A stretch of 61,395 bases of DNA, the filler included, from Globobulimina sp. (Eukaryota): NCBI GenBank assembly GCA_003354225.1. It is 16 parts of 16 records of this genome, joined end to end, with 100 filler letters (N's around TTAATTAATTAA, not from the genome) between each part and the next. Parts side by side here need not be neighbours in the genome. Positions count along the whole stretch, not along the records: positions 1 to 3,752 come from PIVH01002159.1; positions 3,853 to 7,601 come from PIVH01002160.1; positions 7,702 to 11,449 come from PIVH01002161.1; positions 11,550 to 15,297 come from PIVH01002162.1; 12 more parts are not named here. One strand, given 5' to 3'. Position 1 is the stretch's first letter; each line of letters begins with the position of its first letter. A program made the position numbers and the translations under genes. Of the stretch, positions 1 to 11,937 are shown piece after piece. Below the pieces are notes generated by a model. The model did not search any database. It was not told the DNA's origin and was given only the letters and a program-made list of their open reading frames with translations.

Positions 1-95
1 TTTCAGACGAATCGGAATTAGAATACAAATTCATAAAAAAAAAAAATAAACATGAATTTATAAACAGATCTATAATGTTGTCATTTTCTTGATCA

Positions 96-1091
96 TCAAT
101 CGTAATATCTCTCAATTTCGTGACCATCAATTTGCGGATTCTGCAACTTAACTAAATGTATCATGTGTTGTTTCATTTCTTTTTTTTGTTTATCAATCAA
201 AGATTTTCTCCAATTCTCTCTAGATTCATTACGAAATAGATTTGAATTTGGTGACTGGTTATCATTATCATCCGAACTATTATCCAATATTGGCAATATA
301 GTTTGACTCAATTCATTCTTTAGATGTAATTCACTAATTTCTTCATTTGTCGCTAGTCTGGTTAAGTCCGCCAATTCCCGACGCATTTCCTGGTGCAAAT
401 CATCAATTTGTTCCACGGGCCATGTATTCCGAGTGCCTTGTCGATAAATATTCGGTTTGCTACCGAAACTTTGCTGTTTTTGACTCTGTTTCTTTTGCAA
501 TTGGACCTGGTTAGATTTTGATCTCTCAATTTCTAATAACTGCAGACTATCAAGGGATGAATGAGAACTATCAATGGATATCGATGCATTATCACTTTCT
601 AGGTCTGAACTATAATTTGTTCGGATCGTATCTTGTAACTCATCCATAGTCTCAGCACCAATGATTGTGCTCAATCGCTTATTTTCTGTATTTATATCTT
701 TTTCGTCTGTGTTTAAACGCAAAAGTGGTCCCATTGATGTAATTATTTCTGTCTTAGTTTCGTTGGATATAAACATATTTATATTATTTTCATTATTATT
801 TTCATGTTTTCTCGGAGAGAAACTATCATCCATACTTAGCACTAATTGGATTGTTTTGGAATCCATTACATATACATTGGCATTTGGAGGATTCGTTTCT
901 GATGCATCCACGTCAGATAATGGTTTTGGTTCAGTTGTTATAGCATTCGTATGTCTGACAGTGCGCAAATTATTATTAGAATAGTATATGTTGGTAATGT
1001 TCCTTTCACCACAGGTATAGGCCGGACAAGCGCTGGTGATGCCCATTGTTGACAACACTAACTTACTGAAGTAACTGTTACTGGAAAACAT
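96..1091 (-). CDS. Hypothetical low-complexity protein (Asn/Ser/Gln-rich, C-terminal coiled coil)
   Basis: 331-aa open frame in AT-rich DNA. No recognised domain and the start is uncertain. Confidence 0.5.
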   Translation of the reverse strand: MFSSNSYFSKLVLSTMGITSACPAYTCGERNITNIYYSNNNLRTVRHTNAITTEPKPLSDVDASETNPPNANVYVMDSKTIQLVLSMDDSFSPRKHENNNENNINMFISNETKTEIITSMGPLLRLNTDEKDINTENKRLSTIIGAETMDELQDTIRTNYSSDLESDNASISIDSSHSSLDSLQLLEIERSKSNQVQLQKKQSQKQQSFGSKPNIYRQGTRNTWPVEQIDDLHQEMRRELADLTRLATNEEISELHLKNELSQTILPILDNSSDDNDNQSPNSNLFRNESRENWRKSLIDKQKKEMKQHMIHLVKLQNPQIDGHEIERYYD

Positions 1092-1138
1092 CAGAAGGTC
1101 CTGCGCGCGCGCGATGTCTCACAAATAATTTACAGGCC

Positions 1139-2591
1139 ATGTTAGCCAGTCAACCCATTTTAACAGCAATAAATTTAAACGAAGAACCATTGGCTACCAT
1201 TGCTAAGACACATGATGCAATAAGTCCATTACAGCACACTTTCTCACCAGTTCTTAGTCCAACGTCATCGATGAGCACCAAATGTCAATCTACGACATGT
1301 CACCAAAAACAGACATTAAAATCCCATGATACTGATACAGTAATAAAAATATTATCAAAATCATATACCTCACGAACTATCAACGAAGTTGAGAATTTAG
1401 TTAATTTTTTTGAAGGATTTCAAATATTATCTCCAGAAATTGATCGGTTAATCGCTAAGGATAAATTTAGACAATTTATTAGTGAAACAAAATATAAATT
1501 TGTTCACAAAAACGATTATATATTTAACAAACATGATAAAGGAAACGAATTTTATCTCATTTTGAAAGGCGAAGCAGAGATATTTGATAACGCTGAAAAG
1601 AAGCAATATGTACTTAATTATGGTCATATATTTGGAGAAAGCGTCATGTTCGAGAACACCAAACGGAAAACGGATTGTAAATCAATAGGTGTCCATGGAA
1701 CAGATCTTGCATTTTGGGATAAAAATACATACAATAAATATATTGCGCATTGTGAACAAATACCAATGCATAAATATAAACAGTTTGATAGAGAAGAATT
1801 GTGGCTTCAAAATGAAAGTAAAATCAACATGAATCAGGTACATATTCACCTAGCTCTTCAAAGTTGAAATTAAAGTAATTGCATAAATAGAAAATGCACA
1901 AGCTCAGGAAGTATGATATTGATGCATATAATGCCTGGATTGCAGGCTGTGACCCTGAAGATGATACATTTGCTTATTTCAGCACTTTGTATCCGATTTT
2001 ATGCGAAATTATTTTAGAGAGAACCGGTTGTAAACAAATTGCGTTGCAGAAAGATTTAGAAGTAATATTATTAAAATATGGTGCAAAGAAAACAAAATTA
2101 TCAGATATCCATTATCCAGATACAAGGCATGTGAGCTCAAAAGATTTAACATGTTAAATATATGTGTTTTTTTATAAATATGTAGAAATTATCAGGTTAT
2201 TGCGTCAACAGAAACGTTTTGCAAATTTTTTAAATGGTTTAAAGCGACATTTAATATTATTAAAGAGTTATCATTTTTGAGTGAGTTGGGCTGTGATTTA
2301 TTTTGTTCCGAAGAAAGATGTGAAACAATTTTAAGCAAACAGCCATTTGGGACATTTATGTTAAGATTATCAAACAGTGAAAATAGTGTAATGTTAAGTT
2401 ATCGGACTGATAGAAATGCAAAAAAGAAATATAAACATATTGAAATTATTCGTATCAAAGATCATTTATACCGAGTTAGAAAAAATAAAAAAGCTGAATT
2501 AATGTGCATTGCTAAGATGATACGATCTTTTGTGAAAGTTAAATATTTGTACACACCCAATTGCATTTGTGTTAAAAAATCAATATTTTAG
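1139..2591 (+). CDS. Cyclic-nucleotide-binding domain plus STAT-type linker/SH2 domain protein (3 exons)
   Basis: cNMP motif (FYLILKGEAEI...YGHIFGE...KRKTD). Intron 1838-1890 (GT..AG, phase 0) joins the frames, as does intron 2131-2195 (or GC-AG 2127-2185). The C-terminus FFKWF...ETILSKQPFGTFMLRLS..SVMLSY is SH2-like. Confidence 0.8.
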
Positions 2592-2827
2592 TTTTTTAGA
2601 TGCTTTTTATATTTGGGAACAAATCTCATTTTTTTGTATATTTACTCATTGCTCGTATTTTTTTGTGTGGTGTTATTAACGGCATATATTTCCGAGATTT
2701 TCTTTCAAATTAAAAAGTATTTATGTTTATCTATTCGGAGTTTTAGTTATGTTATGTTTTGTTTTGTGTCTTTGTTCGCCAATGTTCTGCTCCTACGTTT
2801 AGTAAGTAAGTGAGTGAGAAATTAGTT

Positions 2828-3752
2828 TTATTGCACAATGAACGAAGCAAATCCGGTGACATCCGCTCTGAACAACACTTCGGAACTAACAGCATATTTT
2901 AACAATTTTATATGATTAAATCCAATATGTTTTGAACATAAAAGAGTGAGAATCAAAGACCATAATCCACACATACTATTTTCACATTGTTTTTGTGAAT
3001 TTAAAATAACTTCAACCAATTTGTCATTATCATTTTGATTTGATAATATGGCATCAATTACATATTTATCCTGCATCTTTGTATAATTTAATAAATCTAA
3101 ATTTGATCCTTTTGGTGGAACTTCATTGTATCCTTTACCAGCATGCGTAAAATCTGTTGTTCCAATAATTATTATATCTTTATTGCAATCAATATTTAAC
3201 ATTTTCAAACAATTAATAATATTCAATGCGCAAGTTTTGCTCTGTTTTATTGATTTAAAATAACTAATCAGTATTGGAACAATCGTAAAATTGTTGTTAC
3301 ATTGCAATTGTTCAAATTGTGAATATATATATTGAAGGAATGGTAATTGATTTTCGATAGAATGTTCTTTTGAATGTGCATTGTTATTAATTTGTATGCC
3401 ATATTTTTGGTTCATTGTATCAATAATATCCATATTTGGATAAATATCACCAAATGGTGTCGACCAGATTTGTGAAGAAAGAGTTATTTGATGACCAATG
3501 TGTCGATGATTTGTTCCAATTAAAAGCATCGTTGATGGCAACGTATTGTATTTATTGTAATGTGCTTTTAGATTATTATATAAATGATAGTATGACCACG
3601 CTGTTATTGGTCCCGCATCACAATACGCTCCGTGCGGCACAATCAATGAACACGCTTTGTATACCTTCAATGTTTCTTGTTTATTTTCTTCGTTTTCTTT
3701 TGTTTTATCTTGTGATTTATTGAAAAGAGCTCCTGGACCAAACTATATTAAA
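2828..3752 (-). CDS. MEMO1: MEMO1/AmmeMemoRadiSam protein B family (5' end truncated)
   Basis: Motifs IVPHGAY..AG, LIGTNH, TPFG, EHSIENQLPFLQ, TTDFTH and SMCG. The frame stays open toward the contig end. Confidence 0.85.
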
Positions 3753-3852
3753 NNNNNNNNNNNNNNNNNNNNNNNNNNNNNNNNNNNNNNNNNNNNTTAA
3801 TTAATTAANNNNNNNNNNNNNNNNNNNNNNNNNNNNNNNNNNNNNNNNNNNN
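3753..3852. other. Artificial contig spacer (N44-TTAATTAATTAA-N44, stops in all six frames)
   Basis: The same 100-nt spacer recurs at 7602, 11450, 15298, 19145, 22990, 26835, 30680, 34524, 38364, 42204, 46044, 49882, 53720 and 57558. The contigs between are about 3.74-3.75 kb in decreasing length order. Confidence 0.98.
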
Positions 3853-4293
3853 ACGAACATCATCACAAATAAACTGACCAGTCTGATGTTCATAATAAAA
3901 GTATACGCCATTAGATGATGCTTTATATACATTGGGTGCAACATGGATATCAAACGTGGCTCCACAATCGTCATATGACGTTGTGATCGCATCACAATCC
4001 CATTCTGGGCATGAACCATATGTGACTCGCATATTTGAATCTTGCCATTTATTCTGACAACCGCCAGTGGTTAATGGGTCATTAGAGTTTAGACAAAATT
4101 CCTCTAAAATAACATCATCTAATTCCTTTGCAATTTCCCACTGATGGAAAACAGTCGCATAATATAAAATCCATTCACCAGTATCGGAACATGTTGCATC
4201 AACTGCCATAGTGTAATATGGATAGTTGCTATATATTCCAGAATATAAATATTCACCATTTATGTTGGGACTTGAGACAGACGCCGCCGTCAT
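3853..4293 (-). CDS. Fragment of Cys-containing, probably extracellular protein
   Basis: Open frame running into the contig end, with a repeated NGxY..Y pattern. No family recognised. Confidence 0.4.
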
Positions 4294-4829
4294 TCCCCAA
4301 ACACATATACTAGTATCTAAATATTATTATTATCTTATTTGATATTATACTTTTGGGTATAGATTCATGTATACACAGATGAATCATATTTATATGCATA
4401 TTGCATAAACTGAACTTTGAGCAACCACAGCTTTTATAAACATGTATAAAAGGAAAAACGAGACCATGATTACACTACTGGCGTGTTTTGTGACTGGAAA
4501 ACTTCACAGTTTGCCAATCAAGTTCATTTTCCAAGCGTCAGAAAATTGTTCAAACATGTTTCCATCGGGAAACGTCTTATATTACAACGTCTATAAAGGG
4601 TGTATTTCGGATCCAAACAATGTGTCTTCTGTTAACCATGAATTAAAAACCAAGAATAAATACAACAACTTAAAATAATAAACATCGCAAAAAAGAAGAA
4701 TATGTAATTGTTGACATTCATTCGATGCTCCAAGTCTCCAAACAATGCAACATATCAAAGCAAAAAAATAATAAATATAGAATAAATAAAAGTATATATT
4801 TTGTTTTTAAATTATAGTGTTCAGTCCAA

Positions 4830-6594
4830 TCAGTTGGTAGCTATAAAATGTTCTGAGTATGCCTCACTAGTTTCGAACCTCGACACAGAATATATCATTA
4901 ACCTAAATACAGCATACCGCGAAGTATCAAATATGTGAAATAATTTATCAATATCATCATTACATTTCTCTTTCAAGATCTCCACCAATTCTGCATCACA
5001 TTTCGTAGTCGCAGCATCATATCCTAATTTATCAAACAATTCGATTCTATCCTCGCCAGAAATATTGATACAGAAATAGCTCCCGTTAGATACGTACTTA
5101 TAAAACAATTTGACGCATTGGAACCAGGGGTCCGTAACGGCCGCAGTCAATTCAAAATCATCCAAATTCAAATCAATAGTTAATTGGGTCGCATGCAATG
5201 ACTTATGATGTCCATTCCCGCTGCGACTACTTGTGATTGTCGGTAATGTGGCACTACTTAAACCCATACCAGATATTGTTGTGTCTGTATCCAAATCTTC
5301 CCGCTCCCGTTCAATGACTCGATCGTCACCGCGACTCCAGCTCACCACACGCGATTTGGGTACGTTTTTATGGAATTTCACATCAATCCCAGAAGCTTTC
5401 TCGTCCACTGTTATATGTATATTTTGCTGCTTACATTTGTATATAATCGCTTCCATCCATTGCGAGGTCTCTACGAAAAATAAGAGGTTTTCAATGGCAA
5501 ATTCTTTCATAAGATGCTGCGCAAATAACCTGAATCCATCCTTATGATACAATATTGCTTTTAATTTAAAAAATTGTGTGCCTAAACGTTGCCGTTTGTG
5601 CTCAGTTTCTGTATCTGACTGTGACAAATTTAAATCAATATCATCAGCCACTAATTTTTGTTTCTTTTTAAAACTGCGGACGTTTGTTCTTCGCGTTGCT
5701 GCTCTTGTGTTGATTTGACAAATGCATGTGGGTAATTTGAATTTTTTCAATGGATAAAATAAGACTGCATAACATTCTAAAAGTGCAGAAGTTGTACCCA
5801 TTGAGGATAAGATAACATATTTCCAGTTTGGCGGCTTCCAATTCAATATCATCCCTAACACGATAAATATGGATAAGCCGAGCACAAATAAGCGAATTGT
5901 TAATATTAGCTCGTGGCGCATTCGCCAGGCATCGTCGAATTTGGGTATTTTATACCAGATATATATTAGAAATGTCATCACCAATAATGTCTGCAATATG
6001 AGCACACTGCGGGATAATGCGTTGAATGCATTGGATGAGGCAATACATAGTAAATATATGGTTGCTGTTATCAGCCACGGGATTGTGAAGACGAATATCA
6101 TTTTGTTTTTGTTTCCGTACGTTTGTCGATGCTTTAAAAACCAATTATTCTCTGCAGGATTTATATACAATCTCCCTATGTGTAAAAAAATATTATTTGT
6201 ATACAGAAACGCCAAATAAGATAAACGTACATTGTTTATCTTGTAGCGCTTTATTGAATTTTATATCATAATAAATATTCCACCCTCTATAAGCAATTAA
6301 AAACATGGTTAATACAAATATTTGAAAGCATATCGAACTTACTATGATCCAGCCATTATATTGAATTGGTTTGCTTAAGCAAGCATGTAATAACACTTGA
6401 GATCTATCAATAACACAAAAAATAACACTAGATATGCCAATTAAAATTGGTATTATTGGTTGTCGCGGTTTTAAACAGTGATAATGTCTGTAAATACTAA
6501 AACAGACGGTCCAATTTAAGATAATAAGTGCGACGATAAAATTAAATCCAATGAAACAATAAGTGATTATATCCTTCCATCCATCATTGCGCAT
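4830..6594 (-). CDS. Multi-pass membrane (7TM-like) RGS protein (2 exons)
   Basis: Several hydrophobic helices, then an RGS box (ILYHKDGFRLFAQHLMKEFAIENLLFF...FYKYVSNGSYFCINIS...IFD...RF..SE.Y). Intron 6176-6230 joins QDKQ-W-RLYINP. Confidence 0.85.
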
Positions 6595-6682
6595 ATTGTA
6601 AATGAATGGCAAATATCACAAAAGGATGATCAAAAAAACGAGTTTCTCATTCAAAAAAACGAACAGTTTTGCATGTATATGT

Positions 6683-7400
6683 ATGGCACAATCAGTTTTG
6701 TTTGATTATAAACAGCGATACGGTGTATTACCTTCAAGCCCTAGACAATTACTTGCATTTTCAAGAGGAAATAAATATACAAAATCAATAACTTACGTAC
6801 AAGCAAAATCAATTTTAGAAACGACTAAAAATAAATTACAAAGCAGACCAAAACCTCCTACACCACCTGGTACAAAACGAAAAAGTGCAAACACACCACC
6901 AGTTCTACAAAATTCTGTATCGATGAATATGGCCCAAAATAAACTCAATCGACGAAAAAATAAATATAAAAAACATCAATTAAAACACAGTCAAACCAAA
7001 ATAAACACAGCCAACGTTTTCCATTGCGAGGATAGTAAAACAAGCACTGAAGAAACCAAAGAAGTACAAAAACAGAAACGTTTACGAAAACGTGTCGTTG
7101 AAGAATTAGTATCCACAGAAAAAACTTATTTGTCCGGATTGGAGAAATTATTCAAATTTTATATAAATCCATTTAAAAATAGTAAAGATAAAAAAATACG
7201 CAAATTATTAACTTCTGCGGACCATTCAATCTTATTTCCATCCGATTTATCCACCATTTATGCTTTACATATTCAGTTGAATGCCGATTTAATAAAATAT
7301 ACCGACAAATGGAACAATCAGACGTCCAAAGTCGGTCACATATTCATAAAATATGGTCATTTATTTAAAATGTATCAAGACTACTTTCACAAACATGAAA
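6683..7400 (+). CDS. RhoGEF (DH domain) protein, 3' truncated
   Basis: RKRVVEELVSTEKTYLSGL...IYALH...VGHIF...FKMYQDY is the N-terminal half of a DH domain. Homology breaks abruptly near 7400. Confidence 0.8.
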
Positions 7401-7701
7401 AATCTTTCCTTCTCCGCCTTCTCCTTCCACTGCTGCTCAGTATGATTCAAAGATTGACCCGAAGAACGTGCTGATGAATTTGTACTATGCTTTGAAACTT
7501 GTCGCGTTCGGCTCACGTCTTATCTCCTTTTTTGTTGTTGAATTGCATTTCTTTCACTCTCAGCTTTATTGTTTAGTCTAAAAGTGTATTCTGGATTCCT
7601 TNNNNNNNNNNNNNNNNNNNNNNNNNNNNNNNNNNNNNNNNNNNNTTAATTAATTAANNNNNNNNNNNNNNNNNNNNNNNNNNNNNNNNNNNNNNNNNNN
7701 N

Positions 7702-8600
7702 ATTGGCATAGGCCATGCGATTATGTCGTCCTTATCCCAGTAATGACAAAGATCCATTTTTGAATAATTTGGCATCACATGGTCTGGCTGTTGATCATGG
7801 TCAATAATGCCTTGAACCCAGGCATTGACAGTCATCATTCCCGCAGTAACTGCACACAAACATGAACTCCCAATTAATCGAGTCGGCGGATTGTCATCTT
7901 TTGGTAACCATTCTAACTCCTTATATTGCATAATTTTATCGGGCAATAATTTATTAAATATCTCTTTGGTAATATTAGTATCCGGATTATCAAAGGAAAA
8001 TGACGAATGAATGTCTGATTTCCCTGTAAAATATTCCACAATCCATGAATGACAGTATGAGGAGCCCGAAGAATACGGTATTCCTAATTTCATACATAAT
8101 GATAACACCGCTATATCAAAGCCGCCGCCATAGTCAATATTATTGAAAATAACATTGGATTTGGCTGCTAATTTCAAAACAGTATCCCATTTTTTTATCA
8201 CATCAATATTATACGCTTCAATGTTGGTATATTTACTGATAACGTGATAATTCTCCAAGCTTTGTTTTGCTGCGTCAATTTTTAACTTACCAACATCATT
8301 CAGTCCAAATAGTATCTGTCTATTTAAATTACTGCATTCTACTTTGTCATAATCAATCAAAATTATAGCACCGACGCCTAAACGCGCTAAGCCCATCGCC
8401 ACAGTACATCCAATGCCACCAACCCCTAATACTAAACATGTTTGTTTTTCTATAACATCCTGTTTCCAGCCTTGAATACATTTTTGTCGATCGAAAGGAT
8501 CATTAAAATCTTCCTCTGGTATTTTCTGATTAAATACCCCGAGCAATTGAGGCTCTGTAGCTTCTTTCTTATCCTCTTCTTTTTTTTCTGTGTTTGACAT
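7702..8600 (-). CDS. ThiF/MoeB/E1-like (UBA5-like) adenylyltransferase
   Basis: LVLGVGGIG..VA..LARLGVG.IILIDYDKVECSNLNRQ nucleotide-binding signature. Confidence 0.85.
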
Positions 8601-8653
8601 GGATAAATTTACACTTAATTGCAAAGTAACTCAAGACTGACTGACGTGTCAAA

Positions 8654-11445
8654 ATGAACATGTCAGCGTCAGATTTCCACAGTTCTGCATTCGATGACTA
8701 CGACGTGAAGCTGGATAGACCACCACCAAACAAAAAATACCGTGTGACTCCAAGCACTGAATACACCGAATCAGATCTATTACCTCCGACTATATTAGGC
8801 ACTTTATTGCCAATCCCACCCATTCCACCGCCAGAAACGAAAGAGTCTGTCCGCAAATTATTAGCTCCATACAAATCCAAAATCATTCCATACCACGCCT
8901 GGCATGCCAGAAATAATAACATTCGTCATCCACGCATATCTGTCATAAAACACAACCATTCAAATAACAATGGCCATGCACATAGAACCAACAATACAGA
9001 CTCATCATTGCCAGCATCCGAGTCAAGCATACATGGATATATCACAGTGTATGACATTCCTGATTCGTGCTGGAGTCTAATATTCCATTTCTGTCCGGTC
9101 CCTGATTTAGTATTCAACATAGCGAGCTCAAATAAGTTCTTTCAAACATTAGTCATTGATATGTCGACCTGGATCCATCGGCGAGTTGTTTTACCGTCGA
9201 AAATCTATCAAAAATGCTTGAAACAAAAAGTGCAAAATACGCTAGAAAGCATCTTTTTAAATTGGACATCGCTCAAACAATTGGATATTATGATAGGTAT
9301 GCAACCATTCATTGATTCCATGCATCGCAAATTCGAATTAAATGTTAACTGTTTTTGCATTGATTGTCATGATCAGCGCCAGACACTGAAGCGGATAGAA
9401 TTACTTTTATGTGGCGGTTATTATGCGCGCCCAGGCCCAAAATCGAGATATTACGCATTGGAAATAGCATCAATTTGCCCGGTGGCGATGTATCCGCAGT
9501 GACTGAAGCTGCTTTTAAATATTTGAGACTCATTCAAGACATCCAAGTCATCGATTTCTCCTTCAATATGTTTGCCGTTTCATTTGAATCCATTATAGAT
9601 TTCTTTGCTGCGCAGGCTGGCCAGGTTTATAATCCTCCGCCAAAAGCAAAAAAGAGCTACTTATCCCGGTGGACTATCAGCAAAAATCAAAAAACAAATG
9701 AGCGGAATAATCAAAATAAAAATAGCAATGACAATAACAACACAAATAATGAGGCGGCAGCAGTTAAAGAAGTGGAGGAGGCGTTGAATGATGACAGTAT
9801 AACACCGTTACCTTTTGACGATGTATTATTTCATAGTCCGCCCTTCCAAATTATCAATGATACGACGGATAGCTCCAAATCCTCTAAAAAACATAAAAAA
9901 ATCAAAATGAATGTAAAACATCACAGTGATAGTGATATTGAGCTAATATGCAATAATCACACAAATAGCAACAATAAATCCGAACGACCGGAAACGAAAA
10001 ACACTAAAAAACGATCAGTTTTAGGCAAACGGAGCATTGATGGTATTGGTGATGCTCCGCTGCCAAAGAAAAAGAAGTTGAAACGCAGCGAGAAACGGGA
10101 AATGGATTCAGATGAAGAAGACCAAGCTAATAAACCTAATCATAATGAATATGTCACAAAAGTCAGTCCATCGATATCACGACATTCATTTAAACATTTT
10201 ACGCGCAGAAAAAAACGGAGGACATCGGATGGTTCTCTCACGGAAAGGGGCCACAACAAAAACATTAAAGCAGTGACACCGACACATAATCGCAAGATTA
10301 AGAAAATGGTGTATCACAAACGAAAGCGATTGGGATTTGATCCTATGACCAAACGCAAACGACAACGGATACGGAGACCGCATAGAGGCTCCCATTCAGG
10401 CTCCACCTCACCGCGGCTATGTCGCAAAAGACAGAGTCTCCGCAAACATAAACTGGAGAGGTTCGATTGTCGTCACGTCACCGCAAATAATGATAATATG
10501 GATTCGAAAGAGAAGAATGCGGTGAAAGTGAAGAAGGAGGTCAGTGTTCCCAAGGAATTTCACTGTGTGTTATCCTCCACGCCGTCGCCTATAACCTCTC
10601 CGATATTGGATATGGAGGCATTTAATACGAGCATTTATGGCAAAACCATGAGGAAAACGATATTGTCCAACATCGATCCGTCGTTAATGTCGACGTTAAA
10701 AGATTTGAATAACGACGAATTGGAATTGAATCTAAGTTTGACGCTGAATATAGATTCGATTGATATTGGATTGAATGATAATGATAAGGTAACCACACAT
10801 TCATTGGATGAGGATAATGACAGATATTATGAGTCATATCGAGAGAATTTGCAGTCTGATTATTTGCACATTGATCGCAAGAAAGATTCCATGCAGGATT
10901 TGGGCCGAAAATCAAAATTACGAAGGATTTATTTTCGCGAATTGTGTATGAAGTCTTTCCCGGATTTGGCGTATAGTTATTTGAATACGATGCGGATTGA
11001 ATCATTGTCGCTGTATACCGGCGACACGAGTTCGCTGATTGCGTTTATCGATAAGTGTGGGACGTATCCGGTGATCAAAAAGATTGAGATTGAGGGCAGT
11101 TCTCCCTTTCGATGGCGCTGTGCCCCGCTTTGCGAAGCATTGTCAAAGTGCATTAATCTGTGTTCCATACAGTTGCCGTCTATCGTGGATGCGGTGGATA
11201 TCATTGCTTTCGATTCGTTTGTCAACGCCGCTGTGAATTTGACTGAAATCGGATTGGTTACTGGCGACCGACAATTATTTAAACCGATACATGATGTGAT
11301 CCATAAGCATGGCTTCAAAATGGATATAAATCCATCTGGTTTGCGCTTTATATTTGCGAGAAGGAAAAATAAACCCAAATTGAGAGAGAAATATCACAAA
11401 AATAAAAAGAAATTTATGCAAAGGAGGCGCTCCAATACATATTAA
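8654..11445 (+). CDS. F-box protein with LRR-like repeats and a basic low-complexity insert (2 exons)
   Basis: F-box-like IPDSCWSLIFHFCPVPDL...NKFF. Intron 9297-9376 (GTATGC..CAG, phase 1) fuses the 282-aa and 678-aa ORFs in frame. Confidence 0.65.
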
Positions 11446-11937
11446 TTGTNNNNNNNNNNNNNNNNNNNNNNNNNNNNNNNNNNNNNNNNNNNNTTAATTA
11501 ATTAANNNNNNNNNNNNNNNNNNNNNNNNNNNNNNNNNNNNNNNNNNNNTTTTTCAGTTAATTCATTATCCGTTGCTGTATTCACTTATACACCGAAAAT
11601 GAAAGGAAGTATTGGAGATATGGGAAAAATTACAATTGGAACTCTATCTTAAATTGGCCAAATAATCCAGTTGTAATATCAATATTGGATTTGGGATATC
11701 GTTTTTTTGATATGAACTATTTTATTATTCGCTACCAATCATAACTTTATGTTTTATGTTTTTACGCACCAGAATATGTTTAAGCATGTGTGTTACACAA
11801 AAGTTTATCGAGAAAGAGATGGGATGATAACCAGAAACTAAAAAGTGCAAAAGAAAATTAATATATATAATAAAAAGTGTAAAAGATATATTCAAAAAAG
11901 ATAAAAAATAATAATGAAATAGTGGCTAATTATACGT

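Noticed and set aside
2127-2185. GC-AG non-canonical intron
   Set aside because: An alternative GT-AG intron (2131-2195) restores the same frame, so it cannot be decided without cDNA.
3797-3808. TTAATTAATTAA recurring about every 3.84 kb, resembling a regular array
   Set aside because: Always embedded in fixed N runs, so it is a contig-joining linker. Adjacency across it carries no biological meaning.
9297-9502. Overlapping 282-aa and 678-aa ORFs suggesting a programmed frameshift
   Set aside because: A canonical 80-nt GT-AG intron (9297-9376) joins them in frame.
11585-11705. Possible fourth MITE copy (TATACACCGAAAAT and GGATATCGTTT)
   Set aside because: The similarity is too short and there is no TWA flank, so it cannot be supported by eye.
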